Below are positions 37,041-46,857 of a DNA stretch of 64,000 nt, piece after piece (position 1 is the first letter of the stretch; the number at the start of each line of letters is the position of its first letter). Origin of the DNA: Burkholderiales bacterium (GTDB lineage: Bacteria; Pseudomonadota; Gammaproteobacteria; Burkholderiales; SG8-41). The translations under genes and the position numbers were made by a program. The DNA lies in assembly GCA_030683105.1 (NCBI GenBank), contig JAUXMZ010000003.1, positions 86,703-150,702 of the forward strand, in the 5' to 3' direction. The notes under the pieces are model-generated. The model searched no databases. It was not told the DNA's origin and was given only the letters and a program-made list of their open reading frames with translations.

Positions 37041-37131
37041 GTGAGTTTTGAATGTTGAATTTTGAGTTGTGAGTTAAGAGCTGTTTTTCAGCCCAATTAA
37101 CTCAACACTAAGCACTCAAAACTCAACATTC
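37041..37131. repeat. inverted pair of heptamer arrays forming a long hairpin
   Basis: Left arm gtgagttttgaatgttgaattttgagttgtgagttaagag and right arm aattaactcaacactaagcactcaaaactcaacattc are largely complementary (outer 18 nt with 1 mismatch); between the zf gene and waaF. Confidence 0.85.
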
Positions 37132-37140
37132 GGCGCGCGG

Positions 37141-37347
37141 CTAATGTCCGTGCGCCGCCGCGCCGCCCTTTAGCGTATAGCGCGTGCCGCAATAGGGGCA
37201 CAGCGCTTCGCCGCTGTTCTCGATCGGCAGAAATACCCGCGGGTGAGCGTTCCACAGCGCCGTCGCCGGTGTCGGGCAGTGCAGTGGGAGATCAGCTGCT
37301 GTTACTTCTATATGCCGTTGTTTATTATCAATTTTTTGTGTTTGCAT
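37141..37347 (-). CDS. zinc-finger (zf-CHCC type) small protein
   Basis: 68 aa; DLPLHCP...WNAHPRVFL...CPYCGTRY pattern; start overlaps the ilvE 3' end by 20 nt. Confidence 0.8.
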   Translation of the reverse strand: MQTQKIDNKQRHIEVTAADLPLHCPTPATALWNAHPRVFLPIENSGEALCPYCGTRYTLKGGAAAHGH

Positions 37348-38278
37348 GGTGGTCCTTATTTACCGGCGTCAGCCATTCGCCGTAGCGATCCGACTTGCCG
37401 GTAACGCAGTCAAAAAACGTTTTCTGCAGCTTCCCGGTAATCGGGCCGCGGCGGCCGTCGCCGATGGCACGGTTGTCGAGTTCGCGGATCGGCGTCACCT
37501 CGGCTGCAGTTCCGGTGAAAAAGGCCTCGTCCGCCACATAGACCTCGTCGCGCGTGATGCGCTTGGCGACGACCGGTATGCCCATATCCTGGGCGATCCT
37601 GATCACCGCATCGCGCGTGATGCCCTCCAGCGCCGAAGTCAGTTCCGGTTCGTAGAGCGTGCCGTTCCTGACGATGAAAATATTCTCGCCCGAACCTTCC
37701 GCGACAAAGCCGTCGACATCGAGCAGCAGCGCCTCGTCATAACCATCCTGCGCCACTTCCTGGTGAGCGAGGATGGAATTCATGTAAGTGCCGACCGATT
37801 TCGCGCGACACATCGTGACATTGACGTGATGACGCACGAAGGAGGAGGTCTTGACTCTGATGCCGCGCTCGAGCGCTTCGGGTCCCAGATACGCGCCCCA
37901 AGGCCAGGCTGCGATCGCGACATGCACCGATACGTTTTTAGCGGAAATGCCCATGGCTTCCGAGCCGTAGAATGCGATCGGGCGCAGATAACATGACTCG
38001 AGCTCGTTGACGCGCACGACTTCTTTCTGTGCATCGATCAGGGTGGCCTTGTCATATGGCAGTTTCATGCCGTTGATGTGAGCGGAGCGGAACAGGCGGT
38101 CGGTATGTTCACGCAGCCGGAAAATCGCGGCGCCATTTGGGGTTTTATAAGCGCGCACGCCCTCGAACACGCCCATGCCGTAGTGCAGGGTGTGGGTCAG
38201 GACGTGGGTGGTGGCGTTGCGCCAAGGCACGAGCTTGCCGTCATACCAGATCTGCCCGTCGCGATCAGCCATAGACAT
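37328..38278 (-). CDS. ilvE: branched-chain amino acid aminotransferase
   Basis: 316 aa; IWYDGKLVPW..LHYGMGVFEGVRAY class IV aminotransferase signature. Confidence 0.92.
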   Translation of the reverse strand: MSMADRDGQIWYDGKLVPWRNATTHVLTHTLHYGMGVFEGVRAYKTPNGAAIFRLREHTDRLFRSAHINGMKLPYDKATLIDAQKEVVRVNELESCYLRPIAFYGSEAMGISAKNVSVHVAIAAWPWGAYLGPEALERGIRVKTSSFVRHHVNVTMCRAKSVGTYMNSILAHQEVAQDGYDEALLLDVDGFVAEGSGENIFIVRNGTLYEPELTSALEGITRDAVIRIAQDMGIPVVAKRITRDEVYVADEAFFTGTAAEVTPIRELDNRAIGDGRRGPITGKLQKTFFDCVTGKSDRYGEWLTPVNKDHHANTKN

Positions 38279-38521
38279 TATGTGTACTCTCCATCGAGCA
38301 AAACCCGCATTCTAGCGTATTTGGCGCGCCGGGCAGAAACCGACGGTTGGCCTGGGGCCCGTGCAGGGCTGCAGACTCAGGCGCCGGCCGGTTTGCTGCG
38401 GGATGACAATTCCGGGCGCGTGCTGTGGCAATGTCCACGGGCACTCTGTAGAATCAAAACCGTTGCTTGAATCGTCAGCCGGAAATCCAAACAATCATGT
38501 TTCAGCATCCAGGGAGGGCCG

Positions 38522-39847
38522 ATGTCCGTTGAACAGCGCTCATGGCTCAAGCGCCTGCGCGAACGCATCATCTCGGAAGACGACAGCGAGCACGAAAGGC
38601 TCAAAAAAACACTGGCGATCTTTGCATGTGGCCTGATGGCTTGTGGCTCGATGCTGTGGCTTGCCATCTATCAGGCCATGGGCATGAAGTTTTCCGCCAC
38701 GGTGCCGTTGACGTACGTTACCGTGTCCGCCGTGTCATTCGGGATCTACGTCTGGAATCGCGATTTTGCGGCCTTCCGGACGGTGCAGGCGAGCCTGTTC
38801 CTGTTCGTGCCTTTCATGATGCAATGGAGCATCGGCAGCTACGTCAGTTCCTCCGGCGTGATGCTGTGGGCGCTGCTGGCGCCGGTCGGCATCATGATTT
38901 TTCAGGGGGCGCGCAATTCCCTGCCATGGTTTTTTGCCTACCTGGTGATGACCGCGGTGTCCGGGGTGTTCGATTTTTACCTGGGCACGGGCACCCAGTC
39001 GGGGGTGACGATGCAGAGCATCGCGGTGTTTTTCACGCTCAACTTCGTCGCGATATCGGTGATCGTCTTCCTGCTGATCAGCTACTTCGTGGGGCAGCGC
39101 GACATACTGGAGACGGCACTCGCCAAACAGAACAGTCTGCTGCATTGGGAACAGGAAAGATCGGAGCGCTTGCTGCTCAACATTCTGCCGGGGCCGATCG
39201 CGGAGCGGCTCAAGGACAAACAGACGATTATCGCCGACGGTTTCGCCGACGTGACGGTGATGTTCGCCGACATTGTCGACTTTACCCACTTGTCCGGGAA
39301 GATGTCCCCCAGATTCCTGGTCGCGATGCTGAACCAGCTATTTTCGCATTTTGATGAGCTGGCGGAGAAATACAGCGTTGAGAAAATCAAGACCATCGGC
39401 GACGCCTACATGGTGGCGGCTGGCCTCGACTCCCATTACCGTGCCGTCAAAAAGGACGAGCCGGAACTCGATTACAGCGACTCGGTGGTCAGCATGGCGA
39501 TCGAAATGCGCGACTATGTGGCAGGGCTGACCAGCGAGAGGGTGCAGGGTCTGCAAATCCACGTCGGCATCAGCTCGGGACCGGTGGTGGCGGGCGTGAT
39601 CGGCACCAAGAAATTCATCTATGATTTATGGGGCGACACGGTGAACCTTGCCAGCCGCGTGACCGACGTGGCCGGTCCTGGCGTCATCCTGGTCGACGTC
39701 GCGACCCACATGCGGCTGCGCAACCTTTACGATTTCGAAGGCCCGTTGACCTATAATTTGAAGGGCAAAGGGGATGTCAAGGCGTATGTCGTCCTGCAGC
39801 GCAAAACAGGGTTGCCGCCGGCCATGCCGGTGCACGTCATCGCCTAG
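38522..39847 (+). CDS. membrane-anchored class III adenylate/guanylate cyclase
   Basis: N-terminal ~190 aa with about 6 TM helices; catalytic domain VTVMFADIVDFT..KTIGDAYMVAAGL..WGDTVNLASR. Confidence 0.85.
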   Translation: MSVEQRSWLKRLRERIISEDDSEHERLKKTLAIFACGLMACGSMLWLAIYQAMGMKFSATVPLTYVTVSAVSFGIYVWNRDFAAFRTVQASLFLFVPFMMQWSIGSYVSSSGVMLWALLAPVGIMIFQGARNSLPWFFAYLVMTAVSGVFDFYLGTGTQSGVTMQSIAVFFTLNFVAISVIVFLLISYFVGQRDILETALAKQNSLLHWEQERSERLLLNILPGPIAERLKDKQTIIADGFADVTVMFADIVDFTHLSGKMSPRFLVAMLNQLFSHFDELAEKYSVEKIKTIGDAYMVAAGLDSHYRAVKKDEPELDYSDSVVSMAIEMRDYVAGLTSERVQGLQIHVGISSGPVVAGVIGTKKFIYDLWGDTVNLASRVTDVAGPGVILVDVATHMRLRNLYDFEGPLTYNLKGKGDVKAYVVLQRKTGLPPAMPVHVIA

Positions 39848-39944
39848 CAGCCTGTCGGACTTGGCTCCCGTTCACCGGAACGGGTGGTGTTAACGAATCG
39901 CCGTTAATCGACGCTTCGGTGACAGGCTGCTTAAGCAAGAGGCT
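39845..39944. repeat. roughly 100-nt structured repeat element, copy 1 (second copy at 63868)
   Basis: About 90 percent identical to 63868-63965; terminal inverted repeat AGCAGCCTGTC/GACAGGCTGCT plus internal hairpins; its first three bases are the TAG stop of the cyclase gene. Confidence 0.85.
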
Positions 39945-40029
39945 TCGCGTTTCGAAATGCTGCACTGGCCGGAACCAACGCCACTTGCATGGCATTTTTT
40001 TCACCTCGTTCTTAAGTTTCTATATTTTA

Positions 40030-40061
40030 GGAGTTTGTCGGGGCTCAGCCCGACAAACTCC
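40030..40061. terminator. 13-bp perfect hairpin GGAGTTTGTCGGG-GCTCAG-CCCGACAAACTCC
   Basis: Between the convergent cyclase and glnE genes; overlaps the last codons of glnE; T-run upstream on the + strand side. Confidence 0.6.
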
Positions 40062-42795
40062 TGCCGCGGCCGGCTTGCGGCGATGCCGCGCGGGTTCCTG
40101 CAAAAATCTCGTCCCATAATTCCAGCACCGCCTGTGCCTCATCGCGAACCGATTCCGGCGGCACCCGGGCATAGGTTTCCCCCTGCAGCCGCAGACCGTG
40201 CTGCAACTGGCGGAACCGCCGGTAGGCGGCGTGCACCGCCAGCGCGCTGGTCTCCGCGATCAGGCCCAGACTCGCCGCGAGTTTGAGCAACGCCAGGTTG
40301 CCGATATTGCCGGTGAGCCCGGCGTGCGCGTGCGAATAGCCCAGCACCAGATATTGCACGAGAAATTCGACATCGACGATGCCACCGCGGTCGTGCTTGA
40401 TGTCGAACAGGGGGGTGGGGTTGGGATGCGCATCGAGCATTTTCTGGCGCATGGCGACGATTTCGCCGCGCAGCTCGGGCAGATCGCGCACGTGGCTCAG
40501 GATCGCTATGCGCAGCGCTTCGAATTTGCGGCCGATTTCCTTGTCTCCCGCGGCAAAGCGGGCGCGGGTGAGCGCCTGATGTTCCCATACCCAGGCGTGC
40601 CGGGTCTGATAATCGCTGAAGCTATCGAGCGGGCTGACCAGCAGGCCGCTCACGCCATCCGGACGCAGCCTGAGATCGGTTTCATACAATATGCCGCCGG
40701 CGGTGGTGGTGGTGAGCCAGTTGTTGATGCGCTGCGCCAGCCGCGAGTAAATTTCCGCTGCTTCGGGGGCGTCGTCCTCGTACAGAAAAACGATATCGAG
40801 ATCGGAGGCGTAGCCCAGTTCCTTGCCGCCCAGTTTGCCGTAGCTGATGATGGCAAAAACCGGCTCATCACGATGGCGTTGTGGCAGTTTGGACCAGGCG
40901 AGGCGCAGCACCACCGCCAGGATCAGGCACGCCAGGTCTGACAGATGGTCGCTCAGGGTTTCCAGCGGCAGCGTGCCGGCCAGATCCTGGGCTACCAGGC
41001 GCATGGTTTGCGCGTGCTTGAAATGGCGCAGAACGTCCATCTGCTTTTCGGTGTCGTCTGCGGCGTCAATGAGCTGTATGTGCAGCAGGCGGGAGAGTTC
41101 GGGCCAGTCGGGCGCCGCATACAGTGAGCGGGTGTCGAGCAGTTCGTCGAGCAGGATCGGGTGCTGGGTCAGGTATTGAGCGACCCACGGACTCGCGCTC
41201 ATCATGTCCGAGAGGCGCGACAGCGCCTGTGGATACTCTTCGAGCATCGCGAGGTAGGATTCGCGGCGGCTTACCGCTTCGAACAACTGCAGTATGCGTT
41301 CCAGTGTAGCGTCGGGACTGGCGTGCTGCGCGGCGGTCTCGACGGAGAGCGGCACCAGGCGGTCAAGACGCGACTGGCTGGCAGCCGGCATCTGGCGGTA
41401 GCGGCTGCTCGCGCGCATGGCCTGCAGCCGCCGCTGCAGGTCACCGGCGCGCTTGTAGCCCAGCGTGGTCAGCTGCGCCATGGCGCCATCGGCATTGGCC
41501 TCGTCAGCGCTGTCCAGCCACAACCCGGCAAGCGCGTGCTGCTCATTAGGCGTGGCGGCAAAAATCTGATTGAAGTGGCGGGTGACGTGCTCGCGGTGCC
41601 GGTTGAGCGCAGCCAGCATCGCGGCATAGTCATTGAACCCCATGCTGTGCGCGACCAGTGCGCGGTCGGCGTCCCCGGCCGGCAGCATCTGGGTTTGCCT
41701 GTCGTCAAGATACTGCAGCCGGTGCTCGAGGTTGCGCAGGAACAGATAGGCTTCGCCCAGTTCGGCCACCGCGGGACCGGGGAGCAGATTGCGTTCCGCC
41801 AGCAGCGGCAGCACGGTGAGCGTCGGCTGCTGGCGTAAAGCCGGATCACGGCCGCCGCGGATCAGCTGGAACACCTGAATGATAAATTCTACTTCGCGGA
41901 TGCCGCCCGGCCCGAGCTTGATGTCGTCGAGCATGTCGCGCCGCTCGACCTCGCGCCGGATCTGCCCGTGCAGGTTGCGCAGCGAGGCGAATGCACTGTA
42001 GTCGAGGTGGCGGCGGTAGATGAAAGGACGGGCCTGTTCCAGCAGTTCGGCGCCGCGATCGCCGGTCACCGGCCGGCCTTTGATCCAGGCATAGCGCTCC
42101 CATTCCCGGCCCTGGGTGATGAAATAGTTCTCGAGCATGTCAAAACTGGCCACCAGCGGGCCGCTGTCGCCGTATGGCCGCAGCCGCATGTCGACGCGGA
42201 ATACATAACCATCGGCGGTGATTTCGTTTAACGCCGCGATCAGGCGTCGCGCCAGACGCACGAAGTATTCGTGGTTGCTCAGCGGCCGCTTGCCGTCGGT
42301 TTCGCCTTCTTCCGGATAGGCAAAAATAAGATCGATGTCGGACGACACGTTGAGCTCGCGGCCGCCGAGCTTGCCCATGCCGATCACATGCAACTGCTGG
42401 ACGGCCCCGCTTGCGGCGCCGATCGGCCGGCCATGGGGTTCTGAATGCCAGCGGCTCAGATGCGCCAGCGCGGAGCAGAGGGTGATTTCAGCCAGGGCTG
42501 TCGCAGTGGCGATGACTTCGGCAAGGTCGGCAAGCCCGCCGATGTCGCGCGCGATCAGCCGCAGCATCACGCGCTTGCGCAGCATGCGCAGCGTGCGCTG
42601 CAGCGCGGCTTCGTCGGCGGCCGGATGCGCGGCAAGGAATGATTCCATTTCCCCGGCCGAGTAGGGTCGCCCGCAGCCGCTGTCCGCCGCCAGTTGCGGT
42701 TCGGCATCGAGCAGCATGCAGACATAACGGCTGTAGTGGCGCGCAGCCGTCAGCGCCGGGTAGGCGCCGCTGTCGTGCGCGTTGTTCAGTTCCAT
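40045..42795 (-). CDS. glnE: bifunctional glutamine synthetase adenylyltransferase/adenylyl-removing enzyme
   Basis: 916 aa with two nucleotidyltransferase motifs (GKLGGRELNVSSDIDLIF and GKLGGKELGYASDLDIVF). Confidence 0.95.
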   Translation of the reverse strand: MELNNAHDSGAYPALTAARHYSRYVCMLLDAEPQLAADSGCGRPYSAGEMESFLAAHPAADEAALQRTLRMLRKRVMLRLIARDIGGLADLAEVIATATALAEITLCSALAHLSRWHSEPHGRPIGAASGAVQQLHVIGMGKLGGRELNVSSDIDLIFAYPEEGETDGKRPLSNHEYFVRLARRLIAALNEITADGYVFRVDMRLRPYGDSGPLVASFDMLENYFITQGREWERYAWIKGRPVTGDRGAELLEQARPFIYRRHLDYSAFASLRNLHGQIRREVERRDMLDDIKLGPGGIREVEFIIQVFQLIRGGRDPALRQQPTLTVLPLLAERNLLPGPAVAELGEAYLFLRNLEHRLQYLDDRQTQMLPAGDADRALVAHSMGFNDYAAMLAALNRHREHVTRHFNQIFAATPNEQHALAGLWLDSADEANADGAMAQLTTLGYKRAGDLQRRLQAMRASSRYRQMPAASQSRLDRLVPLSVETAAQHASPDATLERILQLFEAVSRRESYLAMLEEYPQALSRLSDMMSASPWVAQYLTQHPILLDELLDTRSLYAAPDWPELSRLLHIQLIDAADDTEKQMDVLRHFKHAQTMRLVAQDLAGTLPLETLSDHLSDLACLILAVVLRLAWSKLPQRHRDEPVFAIISYGKLGGKELGYASDLDIVFLYEDDAPEAAEIYSRLAQRINNWLTTTTAGGILYETDLRLRPDGVSGLLVSPLDSFSDYQTRHAWVWEHQALTRARFAAGDKEIGRKFEALRIAILSHVRDLPELRGEIVAMRQKMLDAHPNPTPLFDIKHDRGGIVDVEFLVQYLVLGYSHAHAGLTGNIGNLALLKLAASLGLIAETSALAVHAAYRRFRQLQHGLRLQGETYARVPPESVRDEAQAVLELWDEIFAGTRAASPQAGRGRSLSG

Positions 42796-42821
42796 AAGGT
42801 AATCGGGGTAAAATAGCTAAA

Positions 42822-45800
42822 TTGTTGTTTGACTATCGCATTTTTTCATTCTTCAGGCAAAACGTGCCGATTTCCGTACGACTTAAATGGCTGCACATCA
42901 GTTCGCTTTGGGTATACCGCATACTGACTTGGGCAGTCCTGGCTGTGGGTTTTGCGTGTGCCGCGATCGTGCTGAGTCTGCGTTACTGGGTGCTGCCCAA
43001 TATCGAACAGTATCGCGGCGATATTGCCCAGGCGGTCAGCCATACGGTTCATCAGCGCGTCACCATCGGCAAAATCTCCGCCAACTGGGACGGCATGCGG
43101 CCCGAACTGGTGTTGGAAAATGTCATCCTTTTTGATGCCGCGAACCAGCCTGCGCTGGAGTTGCCGCGTGTCGACAATACGCTGTCGTGGTTGTCGCTGC
43201 TGACGCTTGAGCTGAGGTTTTATTCTCTCGAGTTTCACCGGCCGGTGCTGAACGTAAAACGCGATGCCCGGGGCACGATCTGGGTCGCCGGGATAGCGTT
43301 GACGCAGCGCCCGGAAGAGGGCGACGGTGTCGCGGACTGGCTGTTGCGCCAGCGCGAGATCGTGGTGCGCGATGCCGAGATTTCATGGCTGGACGAAATG
43401 CGAGGCGCGCCGCAACTTGACCTGAAACATGTCGGTCTACGGGTCGAGAACAGAGGCGACCGGCACCGCTTCGGCCTGCGCGCGGTGCCACCGCCGCATC
43501 TTGCCAGTCCGCTGGACCTGCGTGGCGATCTGCGCGGCGACAGCGTCAAGATATTGTCCGAGTGGAATGGCAACATGTTCGTGCAGCTCGATTATGCCGA
43601 CATTGCGGCATGGCGCACCTGGGTGCCATATCCGATAGAATTTCCGCAGGGCGCGGGCGCGCTGCGTCTGTGGCTGGATTTCAGCCAGAATCAGCTGCAG
43701 AACATCGTCGCCGACGTGCGGCTTGCCGATGTCAGAACGCGGCTGGCGAAGGATCTGCCGGAACTTGAACTGATCGCGCTGTCGGGCCGTGTGGCATGGA
43801 AATCAGCGGCGCCGGGCTTTGAGTTTTCGAGTTCCAAGCTCTCGCTCAAGGCCAAGGGCGGGCTCTCCATGCAGTCCCTGGATTTCTTGTTGCGTATCAC
43901 CGGGGGCGACGGTTCCAAGCCGGAGCGCGGCGAGTTGAAGGCCAATGCACTTGATTTCGAGCCCTTGGTGGCGCTGGCCGACCGTCTGCCGTTTGAGGTG
44001 GGGTTGCGCCAGCAGTTGGTGGCGCTGGCGCCCAGGGGCAGTCTCTATGATGTTGATGTGCGCTGGACCGGCGAATGGCGCGAGCCCAGCCAGTACAGCG
44101 TGCGCGGGCGTTTCCAGGATCTGGCATTGAAATCCTATCGCAAGATTCCAGGCTTTTCCGGCATCAGCGGCAATATCGACGGTAATGAAAAAGCCGGGGC
44201 GCTGCATCTTAATACGGGCGCCGCGAGACTGGACATGCCGCTGGTGTTTCGCGAGCCGCTGCAGTTCGAAGCGTTCACCGCGCAACTGGGATGGCTGCGT
44301 GGCAGTGCCGGCGCCGAACTCAGAATGAATAGCATTTCATTTTCTAATCAACATCTTGCAGGAACGCTGTTCGGCAGCTACCGGATGCCGGCCGCTGGCG
44401 GGAGTGTGATAGACCTGACAGGGAACCTGACGCGTGCCGATGCGCGCTACGGCAGTCTTTATGTTCCGCTGGTGGTAGGCAAATCGGCGCGCGACTGGCT
44501 CGACCTGGCATTTATTGACGGGCAGTCCAACGATGTAGCGCTGCGGCTCAAGGGCAATCTCGCCGATTTTCCTTTTGCCGACGGCAAGACCGGCATATTC
44601 CAGGTGGTCGCGAAAGTCACCGGCGCCGTGATCAATTACGGCGCGAAATGGCCCAGGATAGAAAACGTCGCCGGCGAACTCAACTTTCGTGGCAAACGCA
44701 TGGACGTGTTTGCCCGCCAGGGCTCGATACTGGGCGCGAAGCTGGGCAAGGTTCACGCCGAGATCCCCGATCTGATCAGTAACGAGAATGTCCTGCGCGT
44801 AACCGGCGAGGCAGAGGGGCCGACCGGCGAGTTCCTGGCCTTCATCGAAAAAAGTCCGGTCAACGACATGGTCGACCGTTTTACCGAAGGCATGCGCGCC
44901 CAGGGCAACGGCAAGCTCACGCTCAAACTCGAGATTCCCCTGCACGCACTCGACAAGACCAAGGTTACCGGCGGCTACCAGTTGATCAACAATGTGATCA
45001 GCGGCGGCGACGATCTGCCGCCGCTTGAGCAGGCCAATGGCCGTCTCGATTTCAGCGAGTCTTCGGTGCGGGTGCAAAACGCCACCGGCACCTTTATGGG
45101 CGGGCCGGTGTCGATGTCCGCGGTCACCCAGCGCGATGCGACGGTGCGCGGGACGCTGCAGGGCCAGGCCAATTTCGACAGCCTGCGGCGGGCCGGCGGC
45201 GCCCCGGCCTGGATGCTCAGCCTGCGGGGTTCTGCACCATGGCGTGGCAGCTTCGTGCTGCGCAATAAACTCGCTGATCTGGTGCTGGAGTCGAACTTGC
45301 AGGGTGTGGCCTCGGATCTTCCTGCGCCACTGGTCAAGAGCGCTGCCGAAGCGGTGGCCCTGCGCATAGAGCGCAGGTATTTGGGCAAACAGCAGGACCA
45401 GATCATCGTGTCCTATGGCGACATCGTGAGCGCGAACCTGCAGCGGCGCACCGAGGCCGGTGCCAGCGTGATCCGCCGCGGCAACATCCGCCTGGGCAGT
45501 ATCGCGCCGGAGCCCCAGCGCGACGGGGTGTCGATAGCCGGTTCGCTCAAGAGCCTGAATGTAGACCGCTGGCTTGCTTTGGCCGGGGGCGGCAGCGACG
45601 GCATGAAAATCGATTTTTCCACCATTGATCTCAAGATCGGCGAAATCGAGGCGCTCGCCAGACGGTTTAACGACGTCGCGCTCGTCGGCACAATGCAGGG
45701 CGGCGCCTGGCGTGCGACGGTGAGCGGCCGCGAACTCGAAGGCACTGCGACGTGGCAGCCCCAGGGCCGCGGCAAGCTCACGGCACGCCTGAAAAAGCTG

Positions 45801-46697
45801 AGCATTCCGCCCGCGATTGAAGTACCGGCGAGTCCGGTGCAGCCGGCTGCGGAGCGCGTGCGGGAACTGCCGGCTCTTGACATCGTCGCCGACCAGTTCC
45901 AGATCAAGGGCAAGCAACTCGGAAAACTGGAGTTGACCGCGGTTTCGGAAGCGCGCGACTGGCGCATCGAGAGGTTGCGACTCACCAATCCGGATGGCGC
46001 GCTTGCGGCTGACGGTGTGTGGCAGAACTGGCATACGCAGCCGCGCACCCAGATCAATCTGCAGTTGGAGACCGGCGACATCGGCAAGCTGCTGACCCGC
46101 CTTGGCTACCCGGAGGGCGTGCGCCGCGGTACCGCCAAGGTGCACGGCACACTGGCCTGGCCGGGAAGCCCGCAGGATTTCGATTACCCGCAGCTGTCCG
46201 GCAACATCGTGCTGGAAGCGGCAAAAGGGCAGTTCGTCAAACTTGAGCCGGGCATAGGCAAACTGCTCGGCATACTGAGCCTGCAGGCGCTGCCGCGCCG
46301 CATTTCGCTGGATTTTCGCGATATTTTCAGCGAAGGGTTCGCCTTCGATGAAATTCTCGGGGGGGTCAATATCAGCCGCGGCGTGGCCACCGCCAATAAT
46401 TTCCGCCTCCGTGGCCCGTCGGCGAACGTGGTGATGGCAGGAGATGTCGACCTTGCGAAAGAAACGCAGAAACTGCGCGTAAAAATTACGCCCAGCATCA
46501 GCGATGCGGCATCGATTGCGGGTGCGCTGATAGGCGGGCCGATAGCGGGTGTTGCCGCGTTTCTCGCCCAGAAACTGCTTAAAGACCCGCTGGATCAGAT
46601 GGCTTCATACGAATACGACGTGACTGGAACCTGGGCCGATCCCCAGGTGCAGAAAGTGGATAATCAAAGCGACCAGCAGCAAGGCAAGGTGCAATGA
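42822..46697 (+). CDS. yhdP: YhdP family (AsmA-like, TIGR02099-type) large envelope protein
   Basis: 1291 aa; N-terminal TM anchor, long beta-rich body, conserved C-terminal ..GDVDLAKETQKLRVKITP.. region; start uncertain (TTG 42822 or GTG 42864). Confidence 0.85.
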   Translation: MLFDYRIFSFFRQNVPISVRLKWLHISSLWVYRILTWAVLAVGFACAAIVLSLRYWVLPNIEQYRGDIAQAVSHTVHQRVTIGKISANWDGMRPELVLENVILFDAANQPALELPRVDNTLSWLSLLTLELRFYSLEFHRPVLNVKRDARGTIWVAGIALTQRPEEGDGVADWLLRQREIVVRDAEISWLDEMRGAPQLDLKHVGLRVENRGDRHRFGLRAVPPPHLASPLDLRGDLRGDSVKILSEWNGNMFVQLDYADIAAWRTWVPYPIEFPQGAGALRLWLDFSQNQLQNIVADVRLADVRTRLAKDLPELELIALSGRVAWKSAAPGFEFSSSKLSLKAKGGLSMQSLDFLLRITGGDGSKPERGELKANALDFEPLVALADRLPFEVGLRQQLVALAPRGSLYDVDVRWTGEWREPSQYSVRGRFQDLALKSYRKIPGFSGISGNIDGNEKAGALHLNTGAARLDMPLVFREPLQFEAFTAQLGWLRGSAGAELRMNSISFSNQHLAGTLFGSYRMPAAGGSVIDLTGNLTRADARYGSLYVPLVVGKSARDWLDLAFIDGQSNDVALRLKGNLADFPFADGKTGIFQVVAKVTGAVINYGAKWPRIENVAGELNFRGKRMDVFARQGSILGAKLGKVHAEIPDLISNENVLRVTGEAEGPTGEFLAFIEKSPVNDMVDRFTEGMRAQGNGKLTLKLEIPLHALDKTKVTGGYQLINNVISGGDDLPPLEQANGRLDFSESSVRVQNATGTFMGGPVSMSAVTQRDATVRGTLQGQANFDSLRRAGGAPAWMLSLRGSAPWRGSFVLRNKLADLVLESNLQGVASDLPAPLVKSAAEAVALRIERRYLGKQQDQIIVSYGDIVSANLQRRTEAGASVIRRGNIRLGSIAPEPQRDGVSIAGSLKSLNVDRWLALAGGGSDGMKIDFSTIDLKIGEIEALARRFNDVALVGTMQGGAWRATVSGRELEGTATWQPQGRGKLTARLKKLSIPPAIEVPASPVQPAAERVRELPALDIVADQFQIKGKQLGKLELTAVSEARDWRIERLRLTNPDGALAADGVWQNWHTQPRTQINLQLETGDIGKLLTRLGYPEGVRRGTAKVHGTLAWPGSPQDFDYPQLSGNIVLEAAKGQFVKLEPGIGKLLGILSLQALPRRISLDFRDIFSEGFAFDEILGGVNISRGVATANNFRLRGPSANVVMAGDVDLAKETQKLRVKITPSISDAASIAGALIGGPIAGVAAFLAQKLLKDPLDQMASYEYDVTGTWADPQVQKVDNQSDQQQGKVQ

Positions 46698-46857
46698 CCG
46701 GCGGCGCACGCCTGTCCCTCTCAAGTTACGCATTTCAATATGGTACGCTTGCGACCTGCTCCTCCCTGACGCAGGACACTTTGCCGGCAGACTGGGTTAT
46801 ATTCGCGGTATGACCTGCGCCGGCCTCCGCCTCACTGCCATTTTTTGCACGCCCCGC

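Noticed and set aside
44337-46145. Long antisense ORFs (602 aa here; also 122-1045, 8714-9805, 15639-16814, 24672-26108, 29040-30068, 47028-48050, 48408-49655 and others)
   Set aside because: They lie opposite well-supported genes and have Arg/Ala/Gly/Pro-rich low-complexity composition typical of GC-rich shadow frames. No family resemblance was seen.
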